The notes under the pieces: generated by a model
Told to the model about the DNA's origin: nothing
The model's input: the letters and a program-made list of their open reading frames with translations, nothing else
Database searches by the model: none
DNA from: Setoptus koraiensis
Taxonomy: Eukaryota > Animalia > Arthropoda
Direction of reading: 5' to 3'
Length of the DNA stretch: 64,000 nt
Assembly: GCA_048013815.1 (NCBI GenBank)
Contig: CM106585.1
Coordinates: 13,082,001 to 13,146,000, forward strand
Program-made: the position numbers and the translations under genes
Shown: one piece after another, positions 47,703 to 61,960 of the stretch
Numbering within the stretch: the stretch's first letter is position 1
How the letters are laid out: every line of letters begins with the position of its first letter

Positions 47703-50351
47703 AGCACTTACAACTGAATTTAAATGTGCGCCAATAAACGCCAAGCGCCGCCGCCGCCGCCAGACAATACGCCAACTGTAATCTATTTGTTTGTATTATC
47801 TACTGGCCACCAAGAAACATTGTTGCTGACCAATCCATTAGGGTCTTGCCACTTGCGTCTTGGCGGTTGCATTAACATATTTAATGGCGCTTCATAATAA
47901 AAACATCGCCGGCGAGCGGACAGCGCAACATCATTCCGAAGTGGCTGCATGTTAGACTGGCGCTGGCAGTAGCAATGGGAATACAATTTCGCCAGAACAG
48001 ATATGTGAAACTTTTTAGCCATGACCAAGCGATAAATAAATGCCCCAGCGCTTGTCAGTGTGCCAACGTTCAGTGTTTGAGCTAATGTTTGGAGAAAAAA
48101 AAAGAGAGAAAGAGAGAGAAATAACTGCCACCAGGAGCGCACAGATATTTAAATGGGGCCACTGGCGCCGATTCGAGAGACGGCGCGGAGAGCAAATGTC
48201 ATTTCTGGTGCATTTTTCTGTCATTTGTTGTTGGCTGTCCAAATAATGACTGGCCCTCTGTTGTGACAAGCGCCAGCTTGCCAAGGAACATCAGCGCCAG
48301 CTCGCAAGAAGTCGCTCGCCACAGTTGCCGGCCCCCAAAAAAACTAATCTAGGCATCACCGTCATGATGATTTCACGCCACCGCTCGCCCCATGAAACAG
48401 ACATTCCTTGGCAAGCCTTTATGATGTGTCCCCCGTGACATTTCTCGTGTTGTTAATGTGACCCCCGCGTACGTGTTTTCAAGTGCCAATAAAGCATAAC
48501 AATAAATTCAGTTGGGGCCAGTGGGGCCAGTTGGGGCCCCGATGTCGGCTGTCGGGCTGTCCGACGGGGGCGCACACACACTCCGTGGCCGGAGTGGCGT
48601 GCGGCTAGAGGGCATTAGCATGTCTTTACAGGCATCAAAAATGAAGCAAGACAGACATTATGCATAATGTTTGATACTAGTCGCTAGTAACTCGCTTGCG
48701 CGATATTATATTACGCCAAAAGAAATGTGCCCCCCCCCACCCCCCTAATGGCAAGTTTGTGTGGCGGCACCTGAGCGGCCCGCTCGGTGGGCGGCTTAGT
48801 AATAGCCAATTGTCCAATAAGACAACAACAACAATTTATTTTCGTTTGCAATCTTGTAATCTTGCAATCGCCCACTAGAGGTCTGGCCAAGCGGGCACGT
48901 ATATCGTATGCCGTCGCTATATCAAGCTATTGCTATCTGCTGCTATGCGTTCGTCCGTGGCCCATATACCAGCAGCAGATAGCGGCAATGGCGAGATATA
49001 CGGCAAAGGAATGCAGCCACTGGCTGTTATTGATCTCTGGGCCATTGCTCTGCGGCTATTAGAGCGGGAGAGAGAGAGAGAGAGAGAGCGGCTATTTAGA
49101 GATGAATCATTAAATGGGGCCCGCTCATTCAATGCGACCGCCAGACGCGTCCATTAAGATCGCTACTGGAGGCGCTTTTTATTTTGGTTTTTGCATTTGT
49201 ATTTGTGTGCACTTGTATTGCGCGCGCGTGTGTCTTTAAACCATTAGTGGCGTCTTGGCCGGCCCATTAAGGCTCACATCGGGGCCCATTGAGGGCCCGA
49301 TATGAGGTCATAAACGACAATGGCAAATTTGCATAATTTTCGCTTTAGTCGGTCGCCGGCAGGCGAACGCCCGGTTGTTGCGCAATAACCATATTGCGCA
49401 ACAACAAACCGCCGAAATTTCATTATTCTCGCTATATTAGTTGCAATTCAAGTTCAAGTTCGCCACCGAATTGGGGCGCCGTCTGCGCGCCCACTTCTGG
49501 CGCAACTTGTGGGGCTCCTGTGAGCAGCCATCCATCAATCATGGCCATGACATGGGCCGATTGAGTGAAAACTCTCCAGGGGCACATGTTTGCATGCGTC
49601 CAGATATATCAGTCATCACTATTATTAGCCTAGACACGCCAGAAACGACCGAGACAAAGACGATTGCCACAACAGCCACTTGTGCTTATCACCATGTTGT
49701 TGTTGTTGTTGTTGTTGTTGTTGTCGCTGTCTGTATATATGTGACACGCCAGGGGAATGGTGTTGTTGTTGTTGTTGAGAGCCACCCACGCAGCGAGTGG
49801 GACCCCCGTGGACAGTAGTTGGCGTGGTATATTATGGCGCGATGTAACCAACAAACAAATTCAACCTTCGCATAACGCCAACGAGTCCCCTCCTTGTTCG
49901 GCTCATCTCGGTCAGGTGGCGCCACTTTACTTTAAGGCCTATCTCACTTTTTTGCTGTTTTGTTTTGCGAAAATCTTTTTTCAAAACAAATCTCCCATCA
50001 AAATTATATCTGTTCCGTGAGGCCTGCGTTATATTTTGCCGGCCAACCAGTCTGCATAGAGGCTCCAAATCAGCTTCAGATTGATGGTTACAAATTGTTG
50101 ACTGGACCAATTATTGACTGTGCCGTAACTGGCCGGCCCGAACGAAGAAAAGTAGCTAGTTGCTTGCTGGCAAGTTGACGCAATTGACACGCCGCAACGA
50201 TTTGGTGATTTATACGCGCCCGAGCTTGCCTTATCATATCACACCCACATTTGACAACCGTACGATTTCTGGCGGTCAAATCTGGCGATTTCGGGACGGC
50301 ACCGAGTGGTAGCCGGGCGCTCGGTAGCGTGTCCGCGATGGTTGCCGACAA

Positions 50352-50425
50352 CCCGAGCGACCCGAGCGACCCAAGCGACTCGAGCGACCCGAACGACCCA
50401 GGCGACTAGAGCGACCCGAACGACT
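50352..50425. repeat. 9-bp degenerate repeat (GAGCGACCC/GAACGACCC)
   Basis: Seen directly. Confidence 0.8.
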
Positions 50426-51774
50426 CGCTAGACAATGGCTCGAGTAGTTTGAGAACATCGACGCACAAGTCGCAAACACGAGGCGCAATGTGTGAACCGG
50501 CAAACTAGATTTATTATTCTCATCACGCTCAATCCCGCCGACGAGCTCATTGTTTATCTGTCATCATTTTCTGCACTGCTCGCTCACCGCTTGCATATGC
50601 TTAAGGGGCCCGCTGCTCGCTCGGTGTATCTCGGCGCTGGCGGTGGGGGCGCCCGACTTGTCGCCCACTGACTAACTCTAAGAGAATTCATTTCAAAACG
50701 CGCTTTGAAACTTGCTTGAGCTCGAAAATGCCCGCTCGCTGCATCGCATTTTGTCGCCAATCCAACGCTCGCTTGTCGAGAAGTCGACTCGACAACTGCC
50801 GCCACCGTGTCATGTAACTCAATACGCCGACTAATTCAATTTCTAAATCAAATTTTTTCTCTTTCTTTGTCGCCAGTCTTTCAGAGGGCGACGGGGCTCG
50901 GGGGGGGGGGGCAGAGATTTTTCGAGTTTCAAAAGTTTAAGTTCAGTCAACATTGTGAGTAACAGTTGCAGTCTGGTCACAACATCGGAGCCATTCCATT
51001 GCATCCCCACAACTTTGCCCGGCATCAGATCTTCCGTACGTGTGTGGGCGACAATTGGATGACACAACCGAGGCACGACAATGAATTTAATGGGGCCCCG
51101 AAAGGCCATTTACGCCCGACACGAGTCAGCTTGCATGCGCACCCTGGTGGCGAGCCCGGGCAAACAGAGCAGCATTGGCGTCAGGCCAGCCACTTATGGC
51201 TCATCAGCGAGCCTGTCAAGGTGTGTGTGCGTGTGTGTGTGTGTGCCGGAGTGGGCCCCTTGTAACAATAGTGAATTATTGTGTTTTGTCTACGGATGGC
51301 TGCGCCAATGGATAAGTTTGGCTGCTTGATAGTTGAGCCGGCGACTACGACAACCTAGGTAGCTTAACAACGACAACAACAACAACAACAAACAAGCAAA
51401 AGCGCCAAACAACAATTATAACTTATAATTTGTCAGTGTGTGCCGCTGCACTTCCTGTTCGCTTGTTGTTGTTGTTGCTGCCGTTCCAGTAGGGGCGCAT
51501 CGGAGTGCAAAAGATTGATTGCGCCCTCTGACATGGGTGAATTTGAGTGGACAACGGATGTGCTCTCTGGCGGCCAAAACGTTTGTTACACAAATGTTGC
51601 AATCAACTCGCATATATCACCCACCGGTTATAACCGATACTAACTGGTCGCTCGTTGACCTCGCCAGTAACTGGTCAGTGTGCTCACCTTTGACTGTGGT
51701 TCACCTGAGCTCAGAGGGCAGGCAGACACCTGTTGGGTGGAGCACGCGATCGGCCTCCGTTCGATTTCGGCCAC

Positions 51775-51925
51775 GCGTTTCGGGCGCATTTCGGGCACAT
51801 TTCGAGCAAATTTCGGGAAAATTTCGTGCAAATTTCGTGCAAATTTCGGGCAAATTTCGTGCAAATTTCGGGCAAATTTCGTGCAAATTTCGGGCGCGTT
51901 TCGGGCACGTTTCGGGCACGTTTCG
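51775..51925. repeat. 11-12 bp minisatellite (TTTCG(G/T)GCAAA) x about 12
   Basis: Seen directly. Confidence 0.9.
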
Positions 51926-54900
51926 GGCTCATTACAGCGGCTGGACGCTCGCCAATTCTTTCGGATTTGTTCGGTTTTCTTCGTTTCGGTTGTTTGGTCG
52001 CATGCACAGAGCAAATCGCTCTGGGCTCAACATTCAGTGAGCGGACAGAAAGTTATTTTTTATGCACACTCGCTGGGTTCGGTGCACAGGCCAACCAGCC
52101 GGCTATCATTGGGCCGCGTATTGGCAAGCCAATAAATTGTCCGATTGGCGAATGCAAGAAGCACGAAGAAACAAATTAATAGTGGATGTGTTTGTTTTCG
52201 GTTCAACGAAGCACACTGCTTGTCTTGGACAGCATTCATCAATCAGGGCCTCGCCTCTTGCGCCCTCAAAAGTGTTTGCTCGTTTGATTGGCTCGGAATT
52301 AGAATTCGCGCCCATTCATTACACGCGCTGGGTGGCGAGCCCACGGACAGGCAACGCTATCGATGCATAGTTGCTGATCACCAATTTACCTATTTTATAT
52401 TCGTATTATACTATTGTGCGTTGTATTGCTTGTGTGCCGACGATCAACTATCAGCTATTGTGACGGGCCAGTTATCTCGGCTCGGCTCATGATCACGATA
52501 ACGGTTCGCTTGGCCGGTCCGTTGGTCGCAGTTTGGCGCCACCAAAAGGGGCCTCCAAATCTCGCCAAACTGCGAGGCCCCCATTTTGGGCCAAACTCTC
52601 CAAACTTTTGGCGCCAGTGCGGGCCGCCGAAACAGTGGCCAGGCGACAGTGACAGCAAATTGAATTGTTTTTGAGTTACATTTCCATTATTTGTGTGGAT
52701 GTTTGTTGTTCGTAGGCTGTGTGACTTGTCCCATTTGCTGACTCGTGTCGACGGCACGAATGATACGCACACACACACACACACACACACATAGGACATG
52801 ACGCAATCCAATGACGGTAATGCAATTAGTTGCCAAGCTCTCATATGATTACAGCGACGACATGATCGATTCGACTGGATCGAACAGACGGAGGGCGCCC
52901 CAAAGGTGAGTGCTCATTTTAAACATGTTTGCCATTTTATGCCGCTGGCCGCTGACACTTTTACTTGCAAACTCTTGCACGTTATACTTGCACGTTATTT
53001 TTGTCTCGCTGCGCCTAGCCAGGTATGTGTGTGATGGGGCGAAAATTGTAAAATCACATGCGCTTCGACATGGATGAGTTTGTGGCCCCCGCAATTGGGC
53101 GGCCCAACAGCGACGACAAGCAGCGACACGGACCAACGACAACCGGCAATGATGGCAGCCAATGATAACGGGCAACCATAAGATGGCTCAGCGCGCCAAG
53201 AATATTCCAACCGGCCGTTCGTACGGCCAGATAGATATGTCCAGAATAATTGCATTGAATGTCGTTGCCAGAGAAGCTTGCCAATTGTAAGTGATGTCGG
53301 ATTCGGGGGGCAAGTAAGCGTAAATTGATGCCTCTTTTTGGCACTGACATCGCTTACACTTGCAAGACGCCCCATCGATTTTGTGCCCGTCTCGGCACAA
53401 AATCGTCGTGGTCTCGGTCTCATTTTCGGGCCACCGTCCGATCCATATTAGAATGTCAAGATCGATCTGGTTGTTGGCCGGCTCAGGTGCAGTGTGTGTA
53501 GGGCCCGTCACGGTCACTGTGACACACACACACACGTCCCAAATTGTTTTCACCAAAATTTGTGTGTCAGTAAGCCATGCTTTTGGCTTGTTTGTAGTAT
53601 AGAGGGCGCTTCGATCGCGCATGTCTAACAGAAACTTATTGCACTGACAACTCAATCCGTTAACTCAATACAAATCGACAACACGAATCAAATTATAGAG
53701 GCGCCCGGCGGCCTCACTCACCGCCAACCAATCCAGTGCTGTGCAATATCGATAATCTCAGCATTGTTTACTCACTCTGCGCACTGACACAAATTGTGAA
53801 TGTGACATGTCATTCTAGATAAAAATAAAAATATTTTGCTAACCTAATCTAACTGGCCGAAGCTTAGATCTCATTTATTGTTGCCAGCAACAATAAATGA
53901 GTCAGTCAGAAAAGTCTCTGTTTGCTAGAACACAAAACAAAGCCTGTCGCTCTGGCAAGAGCATATGCAGGCCCATATAATATGGGCACGATGGAAAAAC
54001 GACCGAATTCATTGAACGGCAATCGCGCGATCTATTAATATAATTTATTGCGCGCGCCATCCGACGCTGATGAGCTAGTCGGAATCGTAATCATTATTTC
54101 ATATTAAACATCATCAGTTATTATGTGATAATATCACATAACAACATAATAATATCAGCCGATCATTGTGGCTTCCGTTGGCCAGTCGCTGAGCGCTCCA
54201 ATTGACAAATTCATTGTCAGGTCTCGCATAAATCACGCGCCAGCAGCTGAAAGTCGGCTGTAAATAGTCATTTAAAAATTCTAATTTGACCAATTTTGTA
54301 TGCGCTCGCTCTACTTAACTGTCTCTGTTGTTAATTTCAACACATTTGCAATATTGGCAATTTTTACCTGTCACTTGTCTCCGGTGTGTTACGCCATTGT
54401 CAGCGCCATTTCACTTTTAGCCTGGTTAGTTGTATGTTAATATTTGTTAAATATAGTTATGTCAATACAAGTGTTTACATGCCAGCAAACACATTGTGTA
54501 CAAACTGACGAAATTGACACATCGTCTGCTCACCTGTCGAAATAAGCGCTGTTATTGTCATGGCACAATTGTGTTGACAGTTAACGAATCGTCTAGACTC
54601 TATGTCACTCGATAGCCAACATAATTGATCTGATGCCCCATGCTCACAATCTCATTTATTTGATCTGACGAGCTGAAGCGGCGAACAATTTCAGCCAGCC
54701 TTTTTCTCTATATTTCGTCTATGTTTCTGGCACTAGAACGGATGAATTCATCTTGTCGAAATATGCGGCGATTTATTGCAACTTGACAACTTGTCAATGA
54801 GTTGAATCAAGACGCGCCCAATGCAGTGAAAATGACTCAAGTTGGACGAACGGGAAAGATTTCATGAATTAGTGCGCGACAGTTGGCCTCAATCGCACGA

Positions 54901-57177
54901 CTCAAGCGCACCAAAGTGATAGCGATTTGAAAGAGAAAAAAAAATCGCATTCAGTAACGAAATCATTGCAAAAAACAGGCGTGAGATTCAGTGAGAACAA
55001 TGCTGCTCGTGGCGCAAATTTTTCGCAATTAATCCAGTGACGCAGTAAAACGTAAGCAGATGAATTTGAGGCAATCTTTTCAACAAATTCAGTAGCCTGT
55101 TTGCCGAGACGGCCTCGCCAAACAGACTGGGGGAGCCTCACGCAAGCCAGCAAGACATGTATGCATGCTGATGCAGATAGCGCCAGCAACGGGTTTTCTG
55201 ACAAACAAAGCAGCAATGTAGCGATTTTGCCACGATAATCTCCACTGCCACACGACACATAGATTGTAGCGCGAGTTTGATAAGGTTAGATTTTGTTATT
55301 TGGGCCCGCCAGTCTAGACACAAACACGAGCTGGCCGGATAAAACTGATCAATCTCGTTCAAGGTGTCAGGTGTATTATCGTTTGTGTTTTGTCTCGCAC
55401 CGCTGGCTGCTATAAAGTCTCGCTAGACTTTGTATCGCCAAGTTTGTAGGCTGCGAGAAAAAAAAATGTTACCCTGGGCAGGCGAGACACTTAATTTGTT
55501 TGTCAGTGTGCAAATCAGATCGCTTGTATTGTTTGTGGAAGTGAATTTGTTGCGCTGGCAATTGAGCTGGCGGATGAATTTTGCCGCTGGTCAAGTGGGG
55601 TCCCCTTTTTGTTGGCCGGGTGTGGGTCGGACACAGTCGGAATGTCGATGTGATTCATCGTTCTCATTATGTAGAGAGTCTCATCAATTAGAGCCCCCTT
55701 AGTTGGCCCCAACAACTGTTAACTGGGGCAACATAGCTGACATAGATCGCGCAGAGACATCGGCAACAACGGCATGAATTATTTTCTCGGAGTTTCTAGC
55801 TCTTTAACGAGTGTTTGCCGCGGCGCATTGTGCGACCAGTATCAAGCGGTTTCGAATCTCTCTAACAGCAACCAACTCGCTGCACAGGTACTCCGAGGTA
55901 CGGCCGGGTACAAGGGCAGGGCGTGTACATAGAGATCATTAGACAGCTTATAACACATACACGCAAACAGGATAAGATGGATAGAAAGTACATTAATGAT
56001 GATTATTATGTAATGGGGCCCATTAATCAAGCGCCCATCTCTGCAACTTGAAACATGGCCAGCGGTTGTCGCTCACGACATTGTCAGTTGTTGCTGCGAG
56101 CACCCAAAAACGCCAACAACAGCACGTGCAACAACAGCGCGAGCAACAACACGGCCAACAACAATACAAGCAATATGCTGTGTGCTCACTCTTGATCTGT
56201 CTGTTAGTTTGCTGTTAATTTCAATACCGTACCAATCAAGCGTCTGATGAGGCCCCGCCAATCTCGCCCCCACGCCACCTAATCCAATTTGCAGCAGCGC
56301 GTGTGTAGCGTTATATTGGTATGTTATGTAATACCGGCCTTGTAACAGTTGCTTTCTAGTTGCTTTGAGTATCATGAGCCACTTTTAGTTTGCTGCAATC
56401 AGCTGTGCGTCGCGGGCCCGTCAATCGGGCGCTGGTATCACATCAACAGTGAGGACAATTATTGTTGTTGTTGTTGTTATTATTATTATGTCCAGCGCGA
56501 GACCGAGGCCCAGGCCCAGGCCAGCTGCCCGAGCCACTAACTAACAAACTCGCTCGGTAATTGGTACGCGCCATATATCGTTATATTGCGTGTCTGCATC
56601 TGGCCTGTTTGCATTGGTCGCCATTGGTTTCATCAATCTCGCCAGCACTTTGGGCCCGCAACTTTTGAGGTCCGTCCTCGCTTTTGAGGGCTTTTGAGGC
56701 TTTTGAGCGGGCGAGCAATAGTGGACCAGACCGGCGCACTGACCATGAGCTCGCGCTACGAGAGACCGAACCGAATTGCGGATTTAGCGCGCTCGCGCGG
56801 ATATCGCGCGGACGAGCGCAATCCGTCAATCGGGCCCCCCTCGATCGCCCATGGCGATGATGATTTCGCATTTGCTCAACCAGATGGCCCTGTGAGCAGT
56901 TGAGCGCGGGCTGGCGAGAGTTCAATTTCGCCAGCTCGGTCGGTCCGGCGGCGCCGACGCCGGTCTGGCGCGGTCCATTATTGCTCGTTCCTGTCCAATC
57001 CAATTACAAGCGCCGCTGCTGCTGCTGCCGCCGGCTCGGCCCGCACAAATCTGCTGTCTGGTCGTTGCTTGTCTCGAGATTAGCGTGTTGGATAGTCGGC
57101 AACTAGCAATTAGTTTCCCTCGAGTGGCTATCAATCAGCGGCCGGCCCAGGTCGGGCTGGCGGGCCGGGCGAGCGGC

Positions 57178-57255
57178 GCACAAATTGAGAGGGAGACGCA
57201 CAAAGTGAGAGGGAGACGCACAAAGTGAGAGGGAGACGCACAAAGTGAGAGGGAG
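57178..57255. repeat. 20-bp minisatellite (GCACAAAGTGAGAGGGAGAC) x4
   Basis: Seen directly. Confidence 0.9.
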
Positions 57256-60017
57256 CCCGAAAGAAAGAGAAAGCGAATTATCATGGTGACCAAGTGGCTG
57301 GCCGGTCTTGTCCAACTGGCCATAATGAATTGATGATGGAGTTGGCCTAAAACTTGTTAATGTATTCCGCTGGCCCCAATCACCCGATAGCGCGCGCTGT
57401 TGACTAAAATAGTTGCTCAGCGCGATGCCCCATTGGCCCCAAATCTCTCGAATTGGGGCGAGTTTCGATGATTCGCCGCTCGTCACTGACACTGTCGGGC
57501 CACACAATCACAACGGCTCAACAACGAGCTCCATCGCGGCCCTCTATCGGCTGCACTGAGCCAGCGCCCCCAGTGAGGGCGCCCGAGCGCACGGCTGCAC
57601 ACTGATGCGGGCACAACTCGGGCTTTTCCAGGCGCCGATATACCAATCTATCATGCATCTTTAGATTAATGGCGGGCCGGCCGGCTGACATGCCAAATGG
57701 TGTCAGAATGAGTGCCGGCCACACTGAAACGCCCAGTGACACTGTTACTCTCCCATCTCCCATTCGCCAGCCGGCAGGTGATATATGACGTAATTGGCTT
57801 GTTGTTTGTTCATGTTTATTTGTGCTGTGTCGCTCGATAGCAGCAGTATTTCAATGGGCGAATGCGGACACGAATCCGAATTGATTTGAATGTTCATCCA
57901 TTCGTCTGTCCAACGACAGACGCCTGGCGGACAGCACGCACCACCGTCAATGTGTGCGGCTCGTTGAGGCAAATTGGGGCCCAGTTGGGCCCGAAATGAG
58001 CGCCAATATCCGCGCCTCGGCAAACTATTTATCAATGTCAGGCAGCTTGATTTTCTAGTCGGGCCAAAAGGGTGCGCAATTTTACTTGTTGTCGTCACAA
58101 GCTGGCGTGAGTGCGCCTTGACTTGAAGCAGCTTTAAACTCTCACTCATGATGCCCGATAAAAGATGCTGCTGGCTCCGGTCACTCGATTGCAAGCTTGA
58201 GTCGGATAAAACTCGCTTGCCAGGCCATCGACCATTGGACCGGAAATCGTCAGCGGATTGCTTGAAATGGCGCAGTCCGGAATGGTCGTTGTGAGTCGAC
58301 CACCAGAGAGGAGTTGACATAGTTGTTTAGCGGTCACTGTAGTGCTCGCAACTTCACGCCTCCCATGCAATACCTTGGGGCACACTTTTGAGGCCACCTA
58401 TGAGGTGGGTAGCGTGCGCGGCCCCAAAAGTGGGTGGGTGGCGACAGTGGCGGGCATCGCTCCTGGGGGGCCTATCAGCGCGTAATCATTGTGCACCAGG
58501 CAACTGGCGGCCAGGTAAGGCAACACGCGCAAACAAACAAACAGCACCGCCGAGCGGCGCCTAGAGGGCGCTAGCCACCTATCGAGTGATATTGGAGCCA
58601 GCATTATGCTGGCATACACTGGCACTCGATAGTTGTACAAAACCAAACAACAATGCGGAGTGATTTGTTGTGTCGGGCTAGCCTCGGCCAAGTGCGGATC
58701 ATTGATCATAGATCACCAGGCTAACAAGAGAAATTATGCATAATTTCGCCGACAGGGCGGCCAGTGCGACGAGCACGCCAGACGGATGGAACCGCCATGT
58801 CGGTTGCATGAATATAAGTCATGTGCAATATGCGAATGATATCATTAGCGGCAACAATGGCGCAACGCGCAACTTCTAATGACAGGTGCCGCTGCTGCTG
58901 TTGTTGTTGGCCGTTGCTGTTGTTGGCCGCTGTTGTTGTTGGTTGTTGGCCGCTGCTGTTGTTGGTTGTTGTTGTTGGCCGCTGTCGGTGTTGGCCGCAG
59001 CGAGCCTATTAATTATACTATAAGCGGCTGCGGTATTTTGCGCGGCATAATAACAAGCGCAGGTACGAAACCCGCTGACCGGCAGGCCAGAAATGGATTT
59101 TGTTTAGAGCGACGCCTCTCGAGCTCGATGGCAACTTGAATGGGGCGCTCGCAGCGGCTATTTCCTGTACTCTCTCTCTCTCTCTCCATGGTAGCTGCTG
59201 GCTGGTTGGTGGTGGCGCCAATCGATTGTGTTCACCACTGAGTTAGTTTACGTTGTCGAGGAGAGCCTCTATCGATCAATATCGCAGCACACACACACAA
59301 AAACTGGTTTGAGAAAACCGGAAGTGACATAAATAGGCCCTGTGTGTGTGTGTGTGTCGCCGCCGCTGGCCAACCATGATGAAACTGCCGGCCTAAAATC
59401 ATTATCTGACAGTGGACTCTGGTCAGTGTGGGCCGGCGTTCCGGCGCATCTACTTTGCGGGCCGGCTAAACACAATTCTGCGTGTCAGCCGCTGGGCCTG
59501 GAAAGAGGCCCATTGCGACCTTGGTCGAGACCGCCAGTGGTCATGATAGAAACCATTCAATTTCTATCTGCACATTCTGCCTATGTCCACCATGGCGCCG
59601 CGCAGGTACACAGCGACGGTTGGTCACAGAAAATAAATTGGGTAGCCATTTTTGGGGCTGTGCGTATCGAGCCACGTCCAGTGTGGGGCACACAGCGCCG
59701 CGCGTGATAAATGGCCACCGCTCGTGCCGATCGGCCCCAAATCGGGACAATTTTCTAACGAGCTTGATGGTGGCCAACAACCGTTTGGCCAACCACGCTT
59801 TCCATCAGCAAAGTTGCACACGGCCAGTCCTGAATTATGTGTGCCCGAAATGAGCGTCTCTAGATGCAGAAAATTTGCGAATGCGAGCACATGTGACAGG
59901 GCGCACAATCTCGCGACCGGATATTGCATGTGTCAGAAGTGTTGGCCAGTGTAGGCCAGTTGCGAGCGAGCTGGATATTAAACTGGTTTTAGGTGGCGGC
60001 TGTCACGACAGTGTTTG

Positions 60018-60054
60018 AAACGAGTCGTTTAAAACGACTCGTTTTAAACGACTC
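60018..60054. repeat. 13-bp-arm palindrome AAACGAGTCGTTT-A-AAACGACTCGTTT with an extra partial arm
   Basis: Seen directly. Confidence 0.8.
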
Positions 60055-61882
60055 CCCCACCATTCTACAATTGTTTTTGATATTGCAACCGATCTCGATA
60101 TTGTAGCGTTTGAGTGGGCGCGATGACGCGACAAGTGGCAAACAAGTGCGGACAACTGGCCGTAACCGGTCACTCAATGTCGGACGTGTCATAAATGTGT
60201 GTTCATAACGTGTGTCACGGGTTGTTTTCGGGTTGCTTGACACGGCATGAGCCGGTCGGTTGACACAGTGACTTTGTTGGTGAGTTATTGTTTATTTGTT
60301 GCCAACTGTTTATTTGTTGTCGCGAGTCGCAAGTCGCAAATAGACAAATAAAGTGGCCGTCGCACGCAGTTTAATCAAAAGCCAGCAGTCAAAGTGACCG
60401 CCGGTCAATTGTCCTGTCGTTGTTGTCGTGTGATTGAGAACAAGTCGAGATGGTGGGTCTAGCGACGTATCATTCGCTGTTATTCGAGTGTCACTGGTCA
60501 CTCGCCAGTGACTTGTGTGTGCCGGCCCGTGAGCCCGTGAGCCAAGCTGTCAGCTTGAGTGGAATAATATTAAGGGTGTCGCTGTTGAGTCAAATGTGTC
60601 ACACAAAGCAAAGAGGAAGCAACAACAATGAGGCCACTGCTAAATATGGATATAACGGGGGGCCCCATTGTCTTGCGGGCGGCGGGCGGCGGGCAGCCTT
60701 TTAATTTTGTTATTGGTCCTTGACACTCGTTCTGGTCAAGTGTCGCCACTCGCGAGTGCCTCAATTTAATCTGATCGGTCATGTTGTCGCAGTTTTTTCG
60801 CTCGGAAGGGGCCCGGCGCGCCAGTTGCCAGTTGCTGGCAATAGTGACAAGTGTGAAAGTTGTTGGTTGCGCACAAATTTCGCCAATTTCGGATTGGTAG
60901 CGTTTGCGTTTGGCATTTAGCAGTCAGTTGACTGATAGCATAATACAGCTATGCCACACAAAGGCACAACAACGTCGGGTCCCGCTCGTTGACAGCGGCA
61001 TATCGAGCGGCGAAAAAAGCCGACGACGGCCACCAATTAGAGCCACTGGCGACTTTGCGCGCCCCTCGAGATCTATGTCCCGTTGTTTGTGTGCCACTGG
61101 CTGTTCTGTTTTGATTTCTGAGTGCTGACTGACTGCACACAGTCAGTTAGTTTTTCTCAACAATCTCGCCGGCATGACAGGCATAATTTATATACAGTGG
61201 GGCGCTGGGCGAGGGCTGTCCAGCGAGAGATAAGAACAACGACGACGACGACCACGACGCGCAAGACAATATTGTTGCTCTCTATCTGCTCGTTGTTGTC
61301 GTCGCCCGCTCGAGCCTCTTTGTCTCACTAATCCCCCAACAAGAGCAAGCGAGCGACTCACCGACACCGGGCCCCATTTTCTTGTCATTTCGCCCCTTCT
61401 TGCCGTATGTCCGTTTCGCCGTCTCTTGGTCTCTTCGTCTGTTCGTCTCACCATATCGCCGTTTCGCCATATCGCCGCCTCGCCGTCTCGCCATTTGGCC
61501 GTCTGGACATGGCGCCATTTCGCCGTTTGGCCGTCTGGACATGGCGCCATTTCACCGTCGGGCCATCTTGCCGTCGCGTCGTCTGCTGGCGAGCGACGCC
61601 AACATGAAGCTACATCAATCATGATGAATGCAGTGCGCGACAATGGCCGCGCACAACGGCAACAATAGCGGCGGCCTTGCAACGGCATCGCCCTGATTAT
61701 GTAATGAGCAGCATATTGTTGTTGTTCTGTTTTGTAACTGCCATCGAGTTAACTGTCTTTGTTTGTTTGCCGGCGCGTTGAGTGTCGCATGTCGGCGCTG
61801 CAATCGGAGCGGCCACCAGCCGCTGCTCGCTGCCAAGCTCACCGGCCCGCGCTCTCAATATTTGGGCCGCTGGCCGGCCTTG

Positions 61883-61960
61883 GCGAGCCAAAATGTTGGG
61901 CGCGAGGCGAGCCGAAATGTTGGGCGCGAGGCGCACCGAAATGTTGGGCGCGAGGCGAGC
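61883..61960. repeat. 24-bp minisatellite (GCGAGCCGAAATGTTGGGCGCGAG) x3
   Basis: Seen directly. A 32-bp repeat pair also lies at about 61488-61555. Confidence 0.9.

Noticed and set aside
47783-48142. Minus-strand ORF with a signal-peptide-like start (MRSWWQLFLSLSLFFFLQ)
   Set aside because: The hydrophobic stretch comes from an (AG)n/poly-A simple repeat, and no family motif follows.
51185-51215. Minus-strand CTGATGA-GCCA-TAAG-TGGC resembling a hammerhead ribozyme core
   Set aside because: The required GAAA after stem II is absent.
54660-55260. Coding-like stretch (ORF 54902-55258, minus strand)
   Set aside because: No recognisable domain, splice signals or start; insufficient support to call.
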